DNA from: Acidobacteria bacterium UBA6911
Lineage (GTDB): Bacteria > Acidobacteriota > UBA6911 > RPQK01 > JAJDTT01
Length of the DNA: 64,000 bases
Assembly (NCBI GenBank): GCA_963579905.1
Contig: CAUZIZ010000009.1
Location: 1,333-65,332 of the forward strand
Reading direction: 5' to 3'
Position numbers and translations under genes: made by a program. The notes below the pieces were generated by a model. The model ran no database searches and was not told the origin of the DNA. It worked only from the letters and a program-made list of their open reading frames with translations. How positions within the stretch are numbered: position 1 is the stretch's first letter; every line of letters begins with the position of its first letter. Of this stretch, positions 20,482 through 30,210 are shown one piece after another.

Positions 20482-21507
20482 ATGAAGCCCGTGACCGATC
20501 GCTACTCGCGCCAGATTCTGTTCTCGGGGATCGGCCCGGAGGGACAGGAGAAAATCCAAAATGCCCGCGTCGTTCTGATCGGCTGCGGAGCCTTGGGAAC
20601 GGTGAGCGCCGAACTTCTGGTCCGCGCTGGCGTGGGGCGGCTTCAGCTCATCGATCGAGATTTCGTCGAGGAAAGTAATCTTCAACGTCAGAGCCTCTTT
20701 ACCGAGGCGGATGCACGCTCTGCAATTCCCAAGGCGGTTGCTGCCGAAAAGGCCCTCCGATCTATCAACTCCCTGGTGGACATAAGCGGAATCGTCCAGG
20801 ATCTGACCGTTGAAAATATTGAAGACCTATGTCGGGAGAGCGACATCATCGTTGATGGAACCGACAACTTCGAAACCCGATATCTGATCAACGATTTCTC
20901 CGTGAAACGAGGCGTATCGTGGGTTTACGGGGCTTGCGTAGGCAGCTACGGGACTGCCTTTCTGGTCCGTCCGGGAGCTACCTCCTGCCTTCAGTGCCTC
21001 TTTCCCGAGCCCCCGCCTTTGGGAAGCGTGGAGACCTGCGACACTGCGGGAGTCCTCGGCTCGGTAGTCCACGCCGTGGCTTCCTTTCAGGTAGCTCAGG
21101 TCCTGAAGATCCTGGTCGGACAGACTCCCGGGGAACGGGTGCTAAAGGTCGATGTCTGGGAGGATCACTGGCAGCTGATCTCAGCGGCAGGGGCCCGAAA
21201 CCAGGACTGTTCTTGCTGCGGCAAACGAAAATTCCGCTTCCTGGAGGCGGAGGAGCGGACTCACCTGATGCGCCTGTGTGGTAGGGATGCAGTTCAGGTC
21301 CGTCCCAGCCGGATGACCCAACTTGACTTTTCACAGCTGAGCCAACGCCTGACGAAGAGTGGTAAAGTCCGTTACAACCAACACATGATGAGAATTCAGA
21401 TCAACGGATATGAGATCGCCCTGTTCCCCGACGGCCGTTCGATCATCAAGGGAACCGACGATTTTTCGGAGGCTCGAGCAGTCTATGCCAGGTATATTGG
21501 GAGCTGA
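20482..21507 (+). CDS. moeB: MoeB/ThiF family adenylyltransferase
   Basis: RYSRQILF, IGCGALG, DRDFVEESNLQRQ, DGTDNFETR, CLQC and TCDTAG motifs. Confidence 0.9.
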   Translation: MKPVTDRYSRQILFSGIGPEGQEKIQNARVVLIGCGALGTVSAELLVRAGVGRLQLIDRDFVEESNLQRQSLFTEADARSAIPKAVAAEKALRSINSLVDISGIVQDLTVENIEDLCRESDIIVDGTDNFETRYLINDFSVKRGVSWVYGACVGSYGTAFLVRPGATSCLQCLFPEPPPLGSVETCDTAGVLGSVVHAVASFQVAQVLKILVGQTPGERVLKVDVWEDHWQLISAAGARNQDCSCCGKRKFRFLEAEERTHLMRLCGRDAVQVRPSRMTQLDFSQLSQRLTKSGKVRYNQHMMRIQINGYEIALFPDGRSIIKGTDDFSEARAVYARYIGS

Positions 21508-21746
21508 CCTGAGACTTCAGCGATTCGTCGGAACGTCTGAACGTCGCACGTCTCTGCTCCCGGGAAAGTGCTACGAACGGTTTAGACCTGAACGTCGAGC
21601 GGCGAGGCACGCATGACGAATCTCCGGTTGACAGAGCCGTGACCGTGAGGGAGCGAGCCCTGATCAAGGACCGAACCTGGCAGCTTCGCTTTGGAAGTTT
21701 CCCCCTGAATGATCCAGCGTGACTGGGGCGCAATCCCCAGACCTAG
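21504..21746 (+). mobile_element. Modular repeat cassette D (half of cargo 1)
   Basis: L end CTGACCTGAGACTTCA 21504-21519 overlaps the moeB TGA. GACAGAGCCGTGACCGTGAGGGAGCG at 21630. R variant AGTTTCCCCCTGAATGATCCAGCGTGACTGGGGCG from 21696. Confidence 0.75.
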
Positions 21747-21757
21747 GATAAGAAATA

Positions 21758-22453
21758 GTGGTGAGTGTAGAGAATTCGTCTTTCGTTCTGCTCTTTTCCC
21801 TCCTGAACGGAATCTACCACGGCATGGGAGCGGACCACATGTTGGCGGTTTCGACACTAGCCAGAAAGGGAGCCAGACGTGCTGACGTGGCCCGCTTAGG
21901 CCTGCGTTTCGGGATGGCACATGCGGGTGTGCTCCTCGTCTTGTGCACCGTGGCCGTGATCTGGAACTTCTCGGTGTCCCCGGCCTGGGAATCAAGAGCA
22001 GAAATCTTCGGAGGGGCTCTCCTGATTCTACTGGGGGCCTGGACCTTCCTGGAGTGGCTGCGGGAGGCCGGACACATCCATTCCCATCAACACACGCATG
22101 CTCCTGACGCCCCCCCCCATACCCACTACCACTTCCATTTACAGGAAGATCATCCGAAGAAGCACACCCATCCCCACACTTCTACACTTCTAGGCGCCCT
22201 GTTTGCATTTAGCGGCCTGCGGGCCCTCCTGATCACCGCCGTTCCGATTATGCAGAGTAGGTCTCTTTGGCTGATCCTGCTCTATCTGGGCGTTTTCGGG
22301 CTAGGAATTGTCCTCTCCATGACCGTCTGGGGCCTGATCGTCGGCAGCGCTCTCAAGGGGGAAAGGTCGGGCCACTGGGTTAGCCTAACCCTCAGTCTCA
22401 GTAGCGTCGCCCTCGGGATGTACTGGATTGGAACGGCTGGAGGTCCGGTATGA
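21758..22453 (+). CDS. Nickel/cobalt transporter-like membrane protein (UreH/NicO-like, His-rich loop)
   Basis: HGMGADHMLAV resembles the HAxDxDH motif. His-rich loop HIHSHQHTH..HTHYHFH; about six hydrophobic helices. Confidence 0.75.
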   Translation: MVSVENSSFVLLFSLLNGIYHGMGADHMLAVSTLARKGARRADVARLGLRFGMAHAGVLLVLCTVAVIWNFSVSPAWESRAEIFGGALLILLGAWTFLEWLREAGHIHSHQHTHAPDAPPHTHYHFHLQEDHPKKHTHPHTSTLLGALFAFSGLRALLITAVPIMQSRSLWLILLYLGVFGLGIVLSMTVWGLIVGSALKGERSGHWVSLTLSLSSVALGMYWIGTAGGPV

Positions 22454-22509
22454 TAGAAAGAAGATTCATGATGAATCGAGGGCGTCTTCCAAAGGAGGAA
22501 GTGAACCTT

Positions 22510-23328
22510 ATGTGGCGAATTCTGAACCTGAGCAGGCCAGGAATACGGATAGCCATCGGTGCTTTTTCTCTTATACTCTGCAGCTATTTTGCCCACCAGG
22601 CTCTTGCGGAAGGAAAGGATGGGACAGAGAAAAAGGCCCGCGAGGCAGTGAATCGATCCATTGAGGCAATGGGTGGGGATGCTTTCCGGAATGTCCGGAA
22701 CTCACAGAGCATAGGTCGATACTTCATCTTCAGCAAAGGAAAAAAGGGTTTTGCGCGCTACCACGACTGGACCGTCTACGATCCCGTCAAGTCCCGATTC
22801 CAGCTTGGCAAGGGAGACAACCAGGAGGTGGGTATCTACAATCTAGAGTTGGGAAAGGCGTGGAAGCTGGAAGGTGAGAACGAAGTTAAAGAGCTTAAAG
22901 AAAAGGATATCAAGAACTTCAAGAAGGCGGTCAATCGGGAGTGGAGTCTCTTGCTGAAAAAACGGATCGACGAAGAAGGCATGAGCCTTTTCTACTACGG
23001 CGCAGATGATGTGGCAGGGGAAGGTCGCTGGGAAGCAGTGGAGTTTTTGGATCCCACCAATGCTTCCAGCGTAGTCTTCTTCGATCTGGAGACCCGTCTA
23101 CCCCAGAAGATCGAGTCCGAGGTTACCGACCGCAAATCCGGTGTACGCTTCAAGCAAGAGGTCGAGCTCTCCAACTGGCATACCATTGATGGGGTCTACA
23201 CACCTCTTCGAAGTGATACCTACCACGATGGTGAGATGGCCCAACAAACGTACATTGAAGAAATCCACTTCAACGTGCAGATTCCTCCGGAATACTTCTT
23301 GCGGCCGGCCGTGAAAGAGGAGGAGTAG
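22510..23328 (+). CDS. Exported hypothetical protein (possibly LolA-like beta fold)
   Basis: AAGGAGG upstream and signal peptide ending ALA. RSIEAMGG and FFDLETRLP..WHTIDGVYTP patterns. Confidence 0.6.
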   Translation: MWRILNLSRPGIRIAIGAFSLILCSYFAHQALAEGKDGTEKKAREAVNRSIEAMGGDAFRNVRNSQSIGRYFIFSKGKKGFARYHDWTVYDPVKSRFQLGKGDNQEVGIYNLELGKAWKLEGENEVKELKEKDIKNFKKAVNREWSLLLKKRIDEEGMSLFYYGADDVAGEGRWEAVEFLDPTNASSVVFFDLETRLPQKIESEVTDRKSGVRFKQEVELSNWHTIDGVYTPLRSDTYHDGEMAQQTYIEEIHFNVQIPPEYFLRPAVKEEE

Positions 23329-23344
23329 CGGTCAACCGCGGCGC

Positions 23345-23728
23345 CTAGTAGACCTTGCGGCGGAGCAGGTGGTAAAGACCGCCACTCAGCAGGGCAAGAA
23401 TCAAAAGCAGGAATCCGGATTGCGACAGAGTGGGTATTCGTGCGATGCCCGTGAACGGACCACCCTGAACTGAACCCTTTGGCAGCGAATCTCCGAGTCC
23501 GTCGCTTAACACAGCAGTGGGCAGAATGTCCAGGGAGGCGTCCCCTTGACCCACCACCAGCAGCGTGACCGTGAAAAGCGTAAAGGAGGCGAGCTGCAGC
23601 GCATCCAACTGACCCGGTGACAGAGGGACAATGGGCTGTTTACTTTGAGCACCTGGAGCTCGGTCTGTTCGATGAACGGCTGGGAAGGGTGCTTCCTCTG
23701 CCAAACGATTGAAACAAAAGCCTGCCAC
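23345..23728 (-). pseudogene. C-terminal remnant carrying an IPTL-CTERM sorting signal
   Basis: Ends IPTLSQSGFLLLILALLSGGLYHLLRRKVY* (IPTL motif, TM helix, basic tail). No credible N-terminus. Confidence 0.65.
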
Positions 23729-23751
23729 ACGATCTGAGGAGCGCTAAAGAG

Positions 23752-24000
23752 AAATGACCCGCAAAGCCGTGGAAACTGGCGCGCTGTGGAAACCGTGGAA
23801 AAACGGAGACATCAAGCAGACGACTCTTGGCGTCGAGTTTTTCCACCGTTCCCACAACGCTTGGAAAACTCCTCCGGACGGAGTTTCCCACCATTCCCAC
23901 CGCTTCTACGACGAGATACACCCACCGAAGAATGAAACTCCAAGACTCCAAAAGTGTAACCTATGTGCCCGGTGTGCCCGGGAGAAATTGTTGCCTATGA
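23752..24000 (+). mobile_element. IS481-like element end remnant (no transposase)
   Basis: Nested hairpins GCTGTGGAAACCGTGGAAAA..TTTTTCCACCGTTCCCACAACGCTTGGAAAAC..GTTTCCCACC, then AAAGTGTAACCTATGTGCCCGG. Family assignment is from recalled IS481 termini. Confidence 0.55.
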
Positions 24001-24145
24001 ATCGGGAGCTACAAAGGGGCTGTCTGTTATCCAGGGTTCGGAAACCCTGGGCTGAAATCCGGAATCCCTTCAGGATTCGAACCCACTTGGGCGCTTGAAT
24101 CGGGTCCAAGGGGAAGCTGCAAGAGAACGCTGCTCTAGCAGCCTC

Positions 24146-24272
24146 CTAGATGATCGATTCCGAAATAGCATGCCAATTTCAGATGGGGCTTGTGCGGACA
24201 AGTGCCCTAGAAACATTCAGTTCAAATTATGGGCGCAACAATTGTCATGTTATTTCGGAATCGATCATCTAG
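24146..24272. mobile_element. MITE family M1, short copy (127 bp)
   Basis: TIR CTAGATGATCGATTCCGAAATAGCATG / CATGTTATTTCGGAATCGATCATCTAG; longer copy at 38008-38266. Confidence 0.9.
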
Positions 24273-24321
24273 ACTGCTCTCTTTGTGTCGTGGAGTCTGA
24301 GGTGGACTCTTACGACACCCT

Positions 24322-24793
24322 CTTCAGGGCCGGGTATCCGCGCGACGTGAGGGGCAGAGCCTGCTTCAGCAGGTTTCTCGAGGAAAGGCTCTGGCCAGGA
24401 TCCGTTCCGATCTCCACTAGCAAGGCTCGATCCAGTTCTCAAAGGCAACCAAGATTCGCTCGGGTCGTCATCATGAGGTACAAAGGAGCATCGGAGCGGA
24501 CTTTGGCCGAAGCCCCCACTCGAGAAGCCCACTGAAGCGAGCTCAAGTCTGCACTTTTCCCGAGTACCCGGCCCTGAAGGACCGGTCTATGACGCTTCGC
24601 GCCAGCCTGCTGAAGCAGGCTCCGAGAGCGGGCAGATGTCCAGACCAAACGACTGCTGCGAGCGGGATGATTCGAGAAAGAGTTGCATCCGAAGCCAGGT
24701 TTCGACGCAATCGCCTGTAACACGCCACAACCATACTGAAATCATTGGTTACGTTTTTTCTCCATCCCACCTGTCAATGAAGTTTCAGCCTAG
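24322..24793 (-). mobile_element. Modular repeat cassette G (cargo 5)
   Basis: 24541-24793 is a degenerate direct copy of 49808-50059. Palindromes CCCGGCCCTGAAGGACCGG and AGCCTGCTGAAGCAGGCT. L end TGAAGTTTCAGCCTAG 24778-24793. Confidence 0.8.
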
Positions 24794-24842
24794 GATTGGA
24801 ACCTTGGTTTGTCCTGGGTACGATGCGGTAAAATACACCTGT

Positions 24843-25406
24843 ATGCCATGGACTCGAAGCCTTCTCTTGATCGCTCTGGTTCCGATCGCTTTCGTCGCCG
24901 CTTTCGCCTATCGCTACATCACGGCTGGCAGGGCCGAGTTGGAGTATGTCGAGGAGTCGGTTCGAGTGCCGGTCAGGGCGCTTCGATTGAGCACGCGGGA
25001 GGAAGGCCTCTTGCTAGGCGATCTCGGAGGACAGGCTGTCCTCATCGACGTCTGGGCTTCCTGGTGTTCACCCTGCGTTGCCGCCATTCCCAAACTTCTC
25101 CAGTTGCAGAAAAACTACGGTGCCGAACTGGAGGTGGTCGGGCTCAATGTTGATCAGGGCGGGTGGGAGGTGGTCGAGGCCTTCCTTGCCAGACATCCTG
25201 AGATCAACTTTCGGATTGCCAGGGCTCAACCGGAGCCGGCTTTGCTGCTTCCTACCGTTATCGATTTGGAACCACTGGGAACGGTCAGTGTCTTGCCCAC
25301 GGCGTTTCTGGTCGATGGTGAGGGGCGCTTGGTGAGTAAGTACGTGGGCGCGGGCCATTACGATCAGATCAATCAGGATATTGAGCGGCTCCTTTCCGAA
25401 CGCTAG
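24843..25406 (+). CDS. TlpA/redoxin family disulfide reductase
   Basis: N-terminal TM helix; DVWASWCSPC and VLPTAFLVDGEG motifs. Confidence 0.9.
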   Translation: MPWTRSLLLIALVPIAFVAAFAYRYITAGRAELEYVEESVRVPVRALRLSTREEGLLLGDLGGQAVLIDVWASWCSPCVAAIPKLLQLQKNYGAELEVVGLNVDQGGWEVVEAFLARHPEINFRIARAQPEPALLLPTVIDLEPLGTVSVLPTAFLVDGEGRLVSKYVGAGHYDQINQDIERLLSER

Positions 25407-25573
25407 TGCAGCGCGCGACAAGTTTTGAACCAGGGTTCAGCAACCCCTCGTCGGCGCTGGCGTTGTTGCGCTCGACTCGGAATATAGCCCGATATGCCTC
25501 GCTCGCGACGCCTAGCCAGCGACAACGATTAACTACTGCCCCCTGCCTCAGAACTTATGGCGAGCTGCACTAG
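25403..25573. mobile_element. MITE family M2 (CTAG-flanked, possibly IS630-related)
   Basis: Imperfect TIR CTAGTGCAGCGCGCGACAAGTTTTGA / TCAGAACTTATGGCGAGCTGCACTAG. The left CTAG contains the tlpA-like stop codon. Confidence 0.75.
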
Positions 25574-25770
25574 TAGTGGCAGGCGACTCCGATGTGTTTT
25601 GCGCGTTGGGGACAGCTCTTCTAGATTGTTCCGTGGGTCTCGCAAGGTTTACATTCCAGTCAGGCATCAGCATCATATCTGTAGGCATTCTTTTGCTCAG
25701 GCTAGCCCGATGGTCAGCCCGAGTGAACTTAGAGGTGCCGGCGAAGCCAACGTCTTGAAAGACGAGGAGA

Positions 25771-27267
25771 GTGACGATGGGGGGACGGGTTTCAAGGGTT
25801 TGCGGCGCAGGGTTCTCTCGGTTGTTTGGGGCATCGCCGATCTGGCTTTTCTGCGGCTCCGTAGCAGTAGGCACTGCAGGGGTGGAAAAGGAGCCTGTCG
25901 TTCTCAACCACCAGGCAGAGCTTCTACTGCACGACGATCGGCTGGTGGAGCAGCGGGAGGGGCTGGAGCTGCTGCCTGCCAAGCTGCGGAAACATTCCGC
26001 CAATCCTCTGCTCGGGATCGAGCGGCCCTGGGAGAAGAGGGGCATACTGAACTACGTCGCGCTGCTTCACGACGAAGAAGAAGGTCTTTACCGGATGTAC
26101 TATCAAATCCTGGGGACGACCGAAGAGGGCGTCAACCAGAGTCACTGCCTCTACGCTGAGTCCAACGATGGCATCCGTTGGGAGAAGCCGGATCTGGGCC
26201 TCGTTGACTATCAGGGATCAAAGCAGAACAACATACTCTTTCTGGATCCCAATGAACGTCCTCGAGGAACGCCGGTCTACTGGGTGATGAAGGACTATGC
26301 GGAGCGGGATCCGGCGCAGCGTTACAAGATGATGCTCAACCGCTGGGACTTTCGTGGACGGGGGGTTGGAATGGGATACTCAGCCGACGGGATTCGCTGG
26401 GAATTCACCTCCTATGTGAACCGGCTGGGAGGTTTTGACACCCACAACCTTTTCTTCTGGGACGATCGGATCGGTGCGTTTGTGGGCTACTTCCGCACCC
26501 ATGTCCTGGGGAAACGCTCGATCGGCCGGGCCACCAGTCCCGACGCCTATCACTGGTCCGCCCCCGTGACGGTTCACGGACTCGACCACAACGATCCCCC
26601 GGACTGGCAGATCTACGGGCCGGGTATCTTCAAATACAGCCGGGCCAAGGATGTCTATGTGATGTACGGAGAGGGCTTCGACTCTCGATCGGACGTCTTC
26701 CGTGGACAGCTGGGGTTGAGTCGAGATGGCATTGATTGGCATCGCTTTCAGGACGGCTACTTTCTTGACGGAATTTCCGGTACCTGGGACGCAGGCTCGG
26801 TCCGACCGATCCCCGCAGAAGCGGTGGTGGACGGGCAGATGGCGGTGTTCTATACCGGTAGCGACCATAGCCTTCACGACTGGGAAGGAACCCGAGGAGT
26901 CGGCCTGGCCTCGCTCCAGCAAGGGGCTTTTGCAGGGTGGAGGGCTGCCACCAAGGGAAGCCTGTTGACCCGTCCTCTCTTGGCGAAACACTCCGAACCT
27001 TCCTTGCTCCTGAACGTTGATGCCGAAGGGGGTGAGGTTGGGGCCGAGATTCTGGACGCTCGAGGCAACGGCATTCCCGGATTTTCTCTGGCGAGCTGTA
27101 AGCCCGTAACCGGAAAGGGAACCGCGCTCGAGATTTCATGGAAGGGTCAGGACAGTCTGAAGCCTGTTGTGGAGCAGGGGGCGTTTCAGGTACGTTTCCA
27201 ACTGGAAAGAGCCACACTGTACGGTTTTCGGGTCATTCGTCCAGGTTCCGCCACAGCTCTCTTTTGA
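25771..27267 (+). CDS. GH32/GH43-like propeller family protein (paralogue 3)
   Basis: YAESNDGIRWEKPDLGLVDYQGSKQNNI, FDTHNLFFWD, LSRDGIDW and VRFQLERATLYGF. Confidence 0.8.
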   Translation: MTMGGRVSRVCGAGFSRLFGASPIWLFCGSVAVGTAGVEKEPVVLNHQAELLLHDDRLVEQREGLELLPAKLRKHSANPLLGIERPWEKRGILNYVALLHDEEEGLYRMYYQILGTTEEGVNQSHCLYAESNDGIRWEKPDLGLVDYQGSKQNNILFLDPNERPRGTPVYWVMKDYAERDPAQRYKMMLNRWDFRGRGVGMGYSADGIRWEFTSYVNRLGGFDTHNLFFWDDRIGAFVGYFRTHVLGKRSIGRATSPDAYHWSAPVTVHGLDHNDPPDWQIYGPGIFKYSRAKDVYVMYGEGFDSRSDVFRGQLGLSRDGIDWHRFQDGYFLDGISGTWDAGSVRPIPAEAVVDGQMAVFYTGSDHSLHDWEGTRGVGLASLQQGAFAGWRAATKGSLLTRPLLAKHSEPSLLLNVDAEGGEVGAEILDARGNGIPGFSLASCKPVTGKGTALEISWKGQDSLKPVVEQGAFQVRFQLERATLYGFRVIRPGSATALF

Positions 27268-27305
27268 TGACCTGGGCCGCGGAATGGAGATAGGGAGATA
27301 AAGAT

Positions 27306-28394
27306 ATGGAAGACAAGCGTTTCGAGACATCTATCTCACGTCGAAAGTGGATGGGTCTGGCTGCTCTAGGTGGACTTGGGAGCGCTAGTTTAAAAGGCCT
27401 GGAGGCAGGCACCGAGGCTTCGACTTCGGATCACCGCGTCACGCTCAGGGCGGGGGATCTGGAGGCGATGGTGGTCGACAACCACGATGGGCTTGCGGGT
27501 GAGGAGCAGAAAAAGCGGCGAGCGGCCATCCCCGAGCTTCCGGGTAAGCTGGGATCGCTCTACTGTACCGTCCCCTTCGAGGAGCGGTTCAACGGCTACA
27601 ACGGGGTTCCACGGCTCAAGTACCGGGACTCAGCCCATCCGTTTCTCGCCTCGGCATCGGGCCTCAATTGTGAGTTCTTCTTCGACGAGAAGCGCTGGTC
27701 CTTTGAGCCTCGGTGGAAGGACATGGATCGGTTTCAGGCGCAGCCTTCTCGGGTCAAGTGGATCTCTGACCACGAGGCACATCTGGAAATCGACGCCGGT
27801 GAGGATTGGGGAGTCGAGGTCGAAACCACGTATCGTTTGGAGGCCCCCTACTTCCTTGATATAGAACACTCGTTCACCCCGACACGAGAGGACAAGCTCG
27901 GCGGCAATTTTCTAGGAGCCTTCTGGGCCAATTACATCCAAGCGCCACGCAATCCCGGATACTACATCTGGGGTAGGGTGTCGCCGCGGGCAAGGGCTTC
28001 CTGGCACAACATCTACGATGCCCTCCAACTGGAGACCGTGGGTGTGATTGGAGCCGAAACGGGACCCGTCGGAGGGAGCCTCAGAGGAACGAAGCGACTC
28101 CTCTTTGATCTGTCTCCGGTTCGTTATGTAGAGCCCCTGATGGCGGGTAGAGTCCATGGGATGCTGCTGGCTTTCCTCTTTCAGCCTTCGGAGAATCTGG
28201 AGATCCGGCCCGCCTTCAATGGTCAGGGTGGTGGTGTTGGAGTGCCCGCCTGGGACTATCAGGCCGTCGTGCCCAACCCCAGGGTCGGTCGCCGCTACAG
28301 TTTCAAGGTACGGGTGGTGTATAAGCCTTTCGAGGCACTGGACGAGGCGTTGGATCTACACCGGCAGTGGAAGGATCGAATCCTTAAACTCTAG
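27306..28394 (+). CDS. Tat-exported hypothetical protein (possibly galactose-mutarotase-like beta fold)
   Basis: SRRKWMG signal; GYNG, SGLNCEFFFD, FWANYI and PAWDYQ. Fold is an inference. Confidence 0.6.
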   Translation: MEDKRFETSISRRKWMGLAALGGLGSASLKGLEAGTEASTSDHRVTLRAGDLEAMVVDNHDGLAGEEQKKRRAAIPELPGKLGSLYCTVPFEERFNGYNGVPRLKYRDSAHPFLASASGLNCEFFFDEKRWSFEPRWKDMDRFQAQPSRVKWISDHEAHLEIDAGEDWGVEVETTYRLEAPYFLDIEHSFTPTREDKLGGNFLGAFWANYIQAPRNPGYYIWGRVSPRARASWHNIYDALQLETVGVIGAETGPVGGSLRGTKRLLFDLSPVRYVEPLMAGRVHGMLLAFLFQPSENLEIRPAFNGQGGGVGVPAWDYQAVVPNPRVGRRYSFKVRVVYKPFEALDEALDLHRQWKDRILKL

Positions 28395-28508
28395 GCGCTT
28401 CCCGGTCGACTCCAGATCGCGGTATGGCTGCTAAATGAATCGTGGGGACACTTCGAGAGATGGATACTGCCACTCCAGGGAGAGGGTTGTAGGAAGCTTC
28501 AAGGCAAT

Positions 28509-29141
28509 TTGTACATCGTTTCGTTGCTGGGTCTAGCCTTTGCTCTAGCACAGCAGGTGGACTTGAAAGCCTTGCAGCTAGGAAGCCGTTCTGCCAAGGA
28601 GTGGATCAAGCAGCTGGAGGGACCCGAGCGATTGGCTGGCCTGCGGGCGGACGATATCCTGAAGGTGTTGGGCCTGAAGGACGGCGATATCGTTGCCGAC
28701 ATCGGATCCGGCACGGGCGTTCTCAGTCGGCCGATGGCCCGGAAGGTTGCTCCTACGGGTAGGGTGCTTGCGGTTGAAGTCGATCAGGAACTTTTGGATT
28801 ACATCGACGAGAGGTCGGCGCAGGAGAAGCTCGGTGACATCCTGACCGTACTCGGAGAGTTTCAGGATCCCAAATTACCGATCAACGATGTCGATGTCGC
28901 CTTCTTCCACAACACACTGCACCACATCAAGGACCGCGTGGGCTACCTCAAACTGCTGGCGTCGCATCTGACACCGGAGGGCAGGATGGTCGTCATCGAC
29001 ATGATCGATGGTCACAAGGACGATCCCGAAATGCAGATCGATGTCGAGTCGGTTGTGGGCTGGATGAAGGCGGCTGGGTCCCAGCGGTCGCAGCAGATCG
29101 ATTTGTTCGAGGATAAGTTTTTTTTGGTGTTCAGACGGTAA
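28509..29141 (+). CDS. Class I SAM-dependent methyltransferase
   Basis: VADIGSGTG, GRVLAVEV and LTPEGRMVVID motifs; start uncertain. Confidence 0.88.
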   Translation: MYIVSLLGLAFALAQQVDLKALQLGSRSAKEWIKQLEGPERLAGLRADDILKVLGLKDGDIVADIGSGTGVLSRPMARKVAPTGRVLAVEVDQELLDYIDERSAQEKLGDILTVLGEFQDPKLPINDVDVAFFHNTLHHIKDRVGYLKLLASHLTPEGRMVVIDMIDGHKDDPEMQIDVESVVGWMKAAGSQRSQQIDLFEDKFFLVFRR

Positions 29142-29159
29142 CCATCCAGAAATGAGAAC

Positions 29160-30191
29160 TTGAAGGAATCCAGTCAGCGCAAAGAGGCCCTTGGACTCGT
29201 GCTCTTGGTAACGCTCATGGGACTCTTGACAGCGTGCACAGATGCCCCGGAGGTACCCGAGCTGTGGATCAGCTATCCCGGTGGAGAGGGGCGGGGTGCC
29301 GGGAAGAATATCGTGCTCATCGCTGCCGATGACGAATATCGATCGGAGGAGTTGATCCCACAGTTGGCCAAGATTCTCTCGGTGAACCATGGCTTCAGGT
29401 GTACCGTCCTGTTTGCGATGGATCGTAAGAAAGGCGTGATCGATCCGGAAGTTATCGACGACATTCCAGGTCTAAAGGCTCTCGAAGAAGCCGACCTGAT
29501 GGTTTTATTTGCCCGCTTTCGGGAGCTTCCCAACTCCCAGATGAAGCGGATCATGGATTTCATGGAGTCGGGAAGGGGAGTCGTGGGACTGAGAACGGCG
29601 ACCCACGCTTTCCGTTACCAGGATCGGATCGATAGCCCCTATGCCCGTTATAGCTTTGACAGCTTGGAGCCCAAGGGTGGATTTGGGCGACACATTCTGG
29701 GAGAGACCTGGGTCGCGCACTACGGAAAGCACCAGGAGGAGAGCACACGAGGGCTGATTCCGGAAGAGGCGAAGGATCATCCCATCGTCCAGGGCTGCCA
29801 GGATATCTGGGGACCTTCGGATGTTTATGCCATCAGCACGCTTTCCGGAGATAGTAGACCCTTGATTCTGGGCCAGGTCCTGACGGGAATGAGTCCCCAG
29901 GACGCACCGAATCCAGAGAAAGAGCTGGTTCCGGTGGCTTGGACCAAGAGTCATCGAGGTGAAAAGGGTAAGGTTTCACGCATTTTTACGACTACGATGG
30001 GCCACGCCGAAGATCTGCAGAGCGAAGGATTTCGGCGGCTGGTGGTGAATGCCTGCTATTGGGCTGCGCGGATGGAGGGTGAGATCTCGGTGCCCAGCAA
30101 GGTGGACCTGGTGGGGGTGTATGCACCTTCTCCGATTGGTTTTGGCGGCCATCGTCGGGGCGTGAGGCCCCAGGATCATCGGATCCCGTGA
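29160..30191 (+). CDS. ThuA-domain (class I glutamine-amidotransferase-like fold) lipoprotein
   Basis: LTAC lipobox; DDEYRSEE, GLRTATHAF, PVAWTK and FTTTMGH motifs. Confidence 0.8.
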   Translation: MKESSQRKEALGLVLLVTLMGLLTACTDAPEVPELWISYPGGEGRGAGKNIVLIAADDEYRSEELIPQLAKILSVNHGFRCTVLFAMDRKKGVIDPEVIDDIPGLKALEEADLMVLFARFRELPNSQMKRIMDFMESGRGVVGLRTATHAFRYQDRIDSPYARYSFDSLEPKGGFGRHILGETWVAHYGKHQEESTRGLIPEEAKDHPIVQGCQDIWGPSDVYAISTLSGDSRPLILGQVLTGMSPQDAPNPEKELVPVAWTKSHRGEKGKVSRIFTTTMGHAEDLQSEGFRRLVVNACYWAARMEGEISVPSKVDLVGVYAPSPIGFGGHRRGVRPQDHRIP

Positions 30192-30210
30192 GACTCGTCG
30201 AGTGAGATCC

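Noticed and set aside
24095-24842. ORFs 24095-24535, the 5' extension of 24636-25406, and similar ORFs at 37819-38280
   Set aside because: They are translations of MITE and cassette DNA; the shared peptides reflect the repeats, not proteins.
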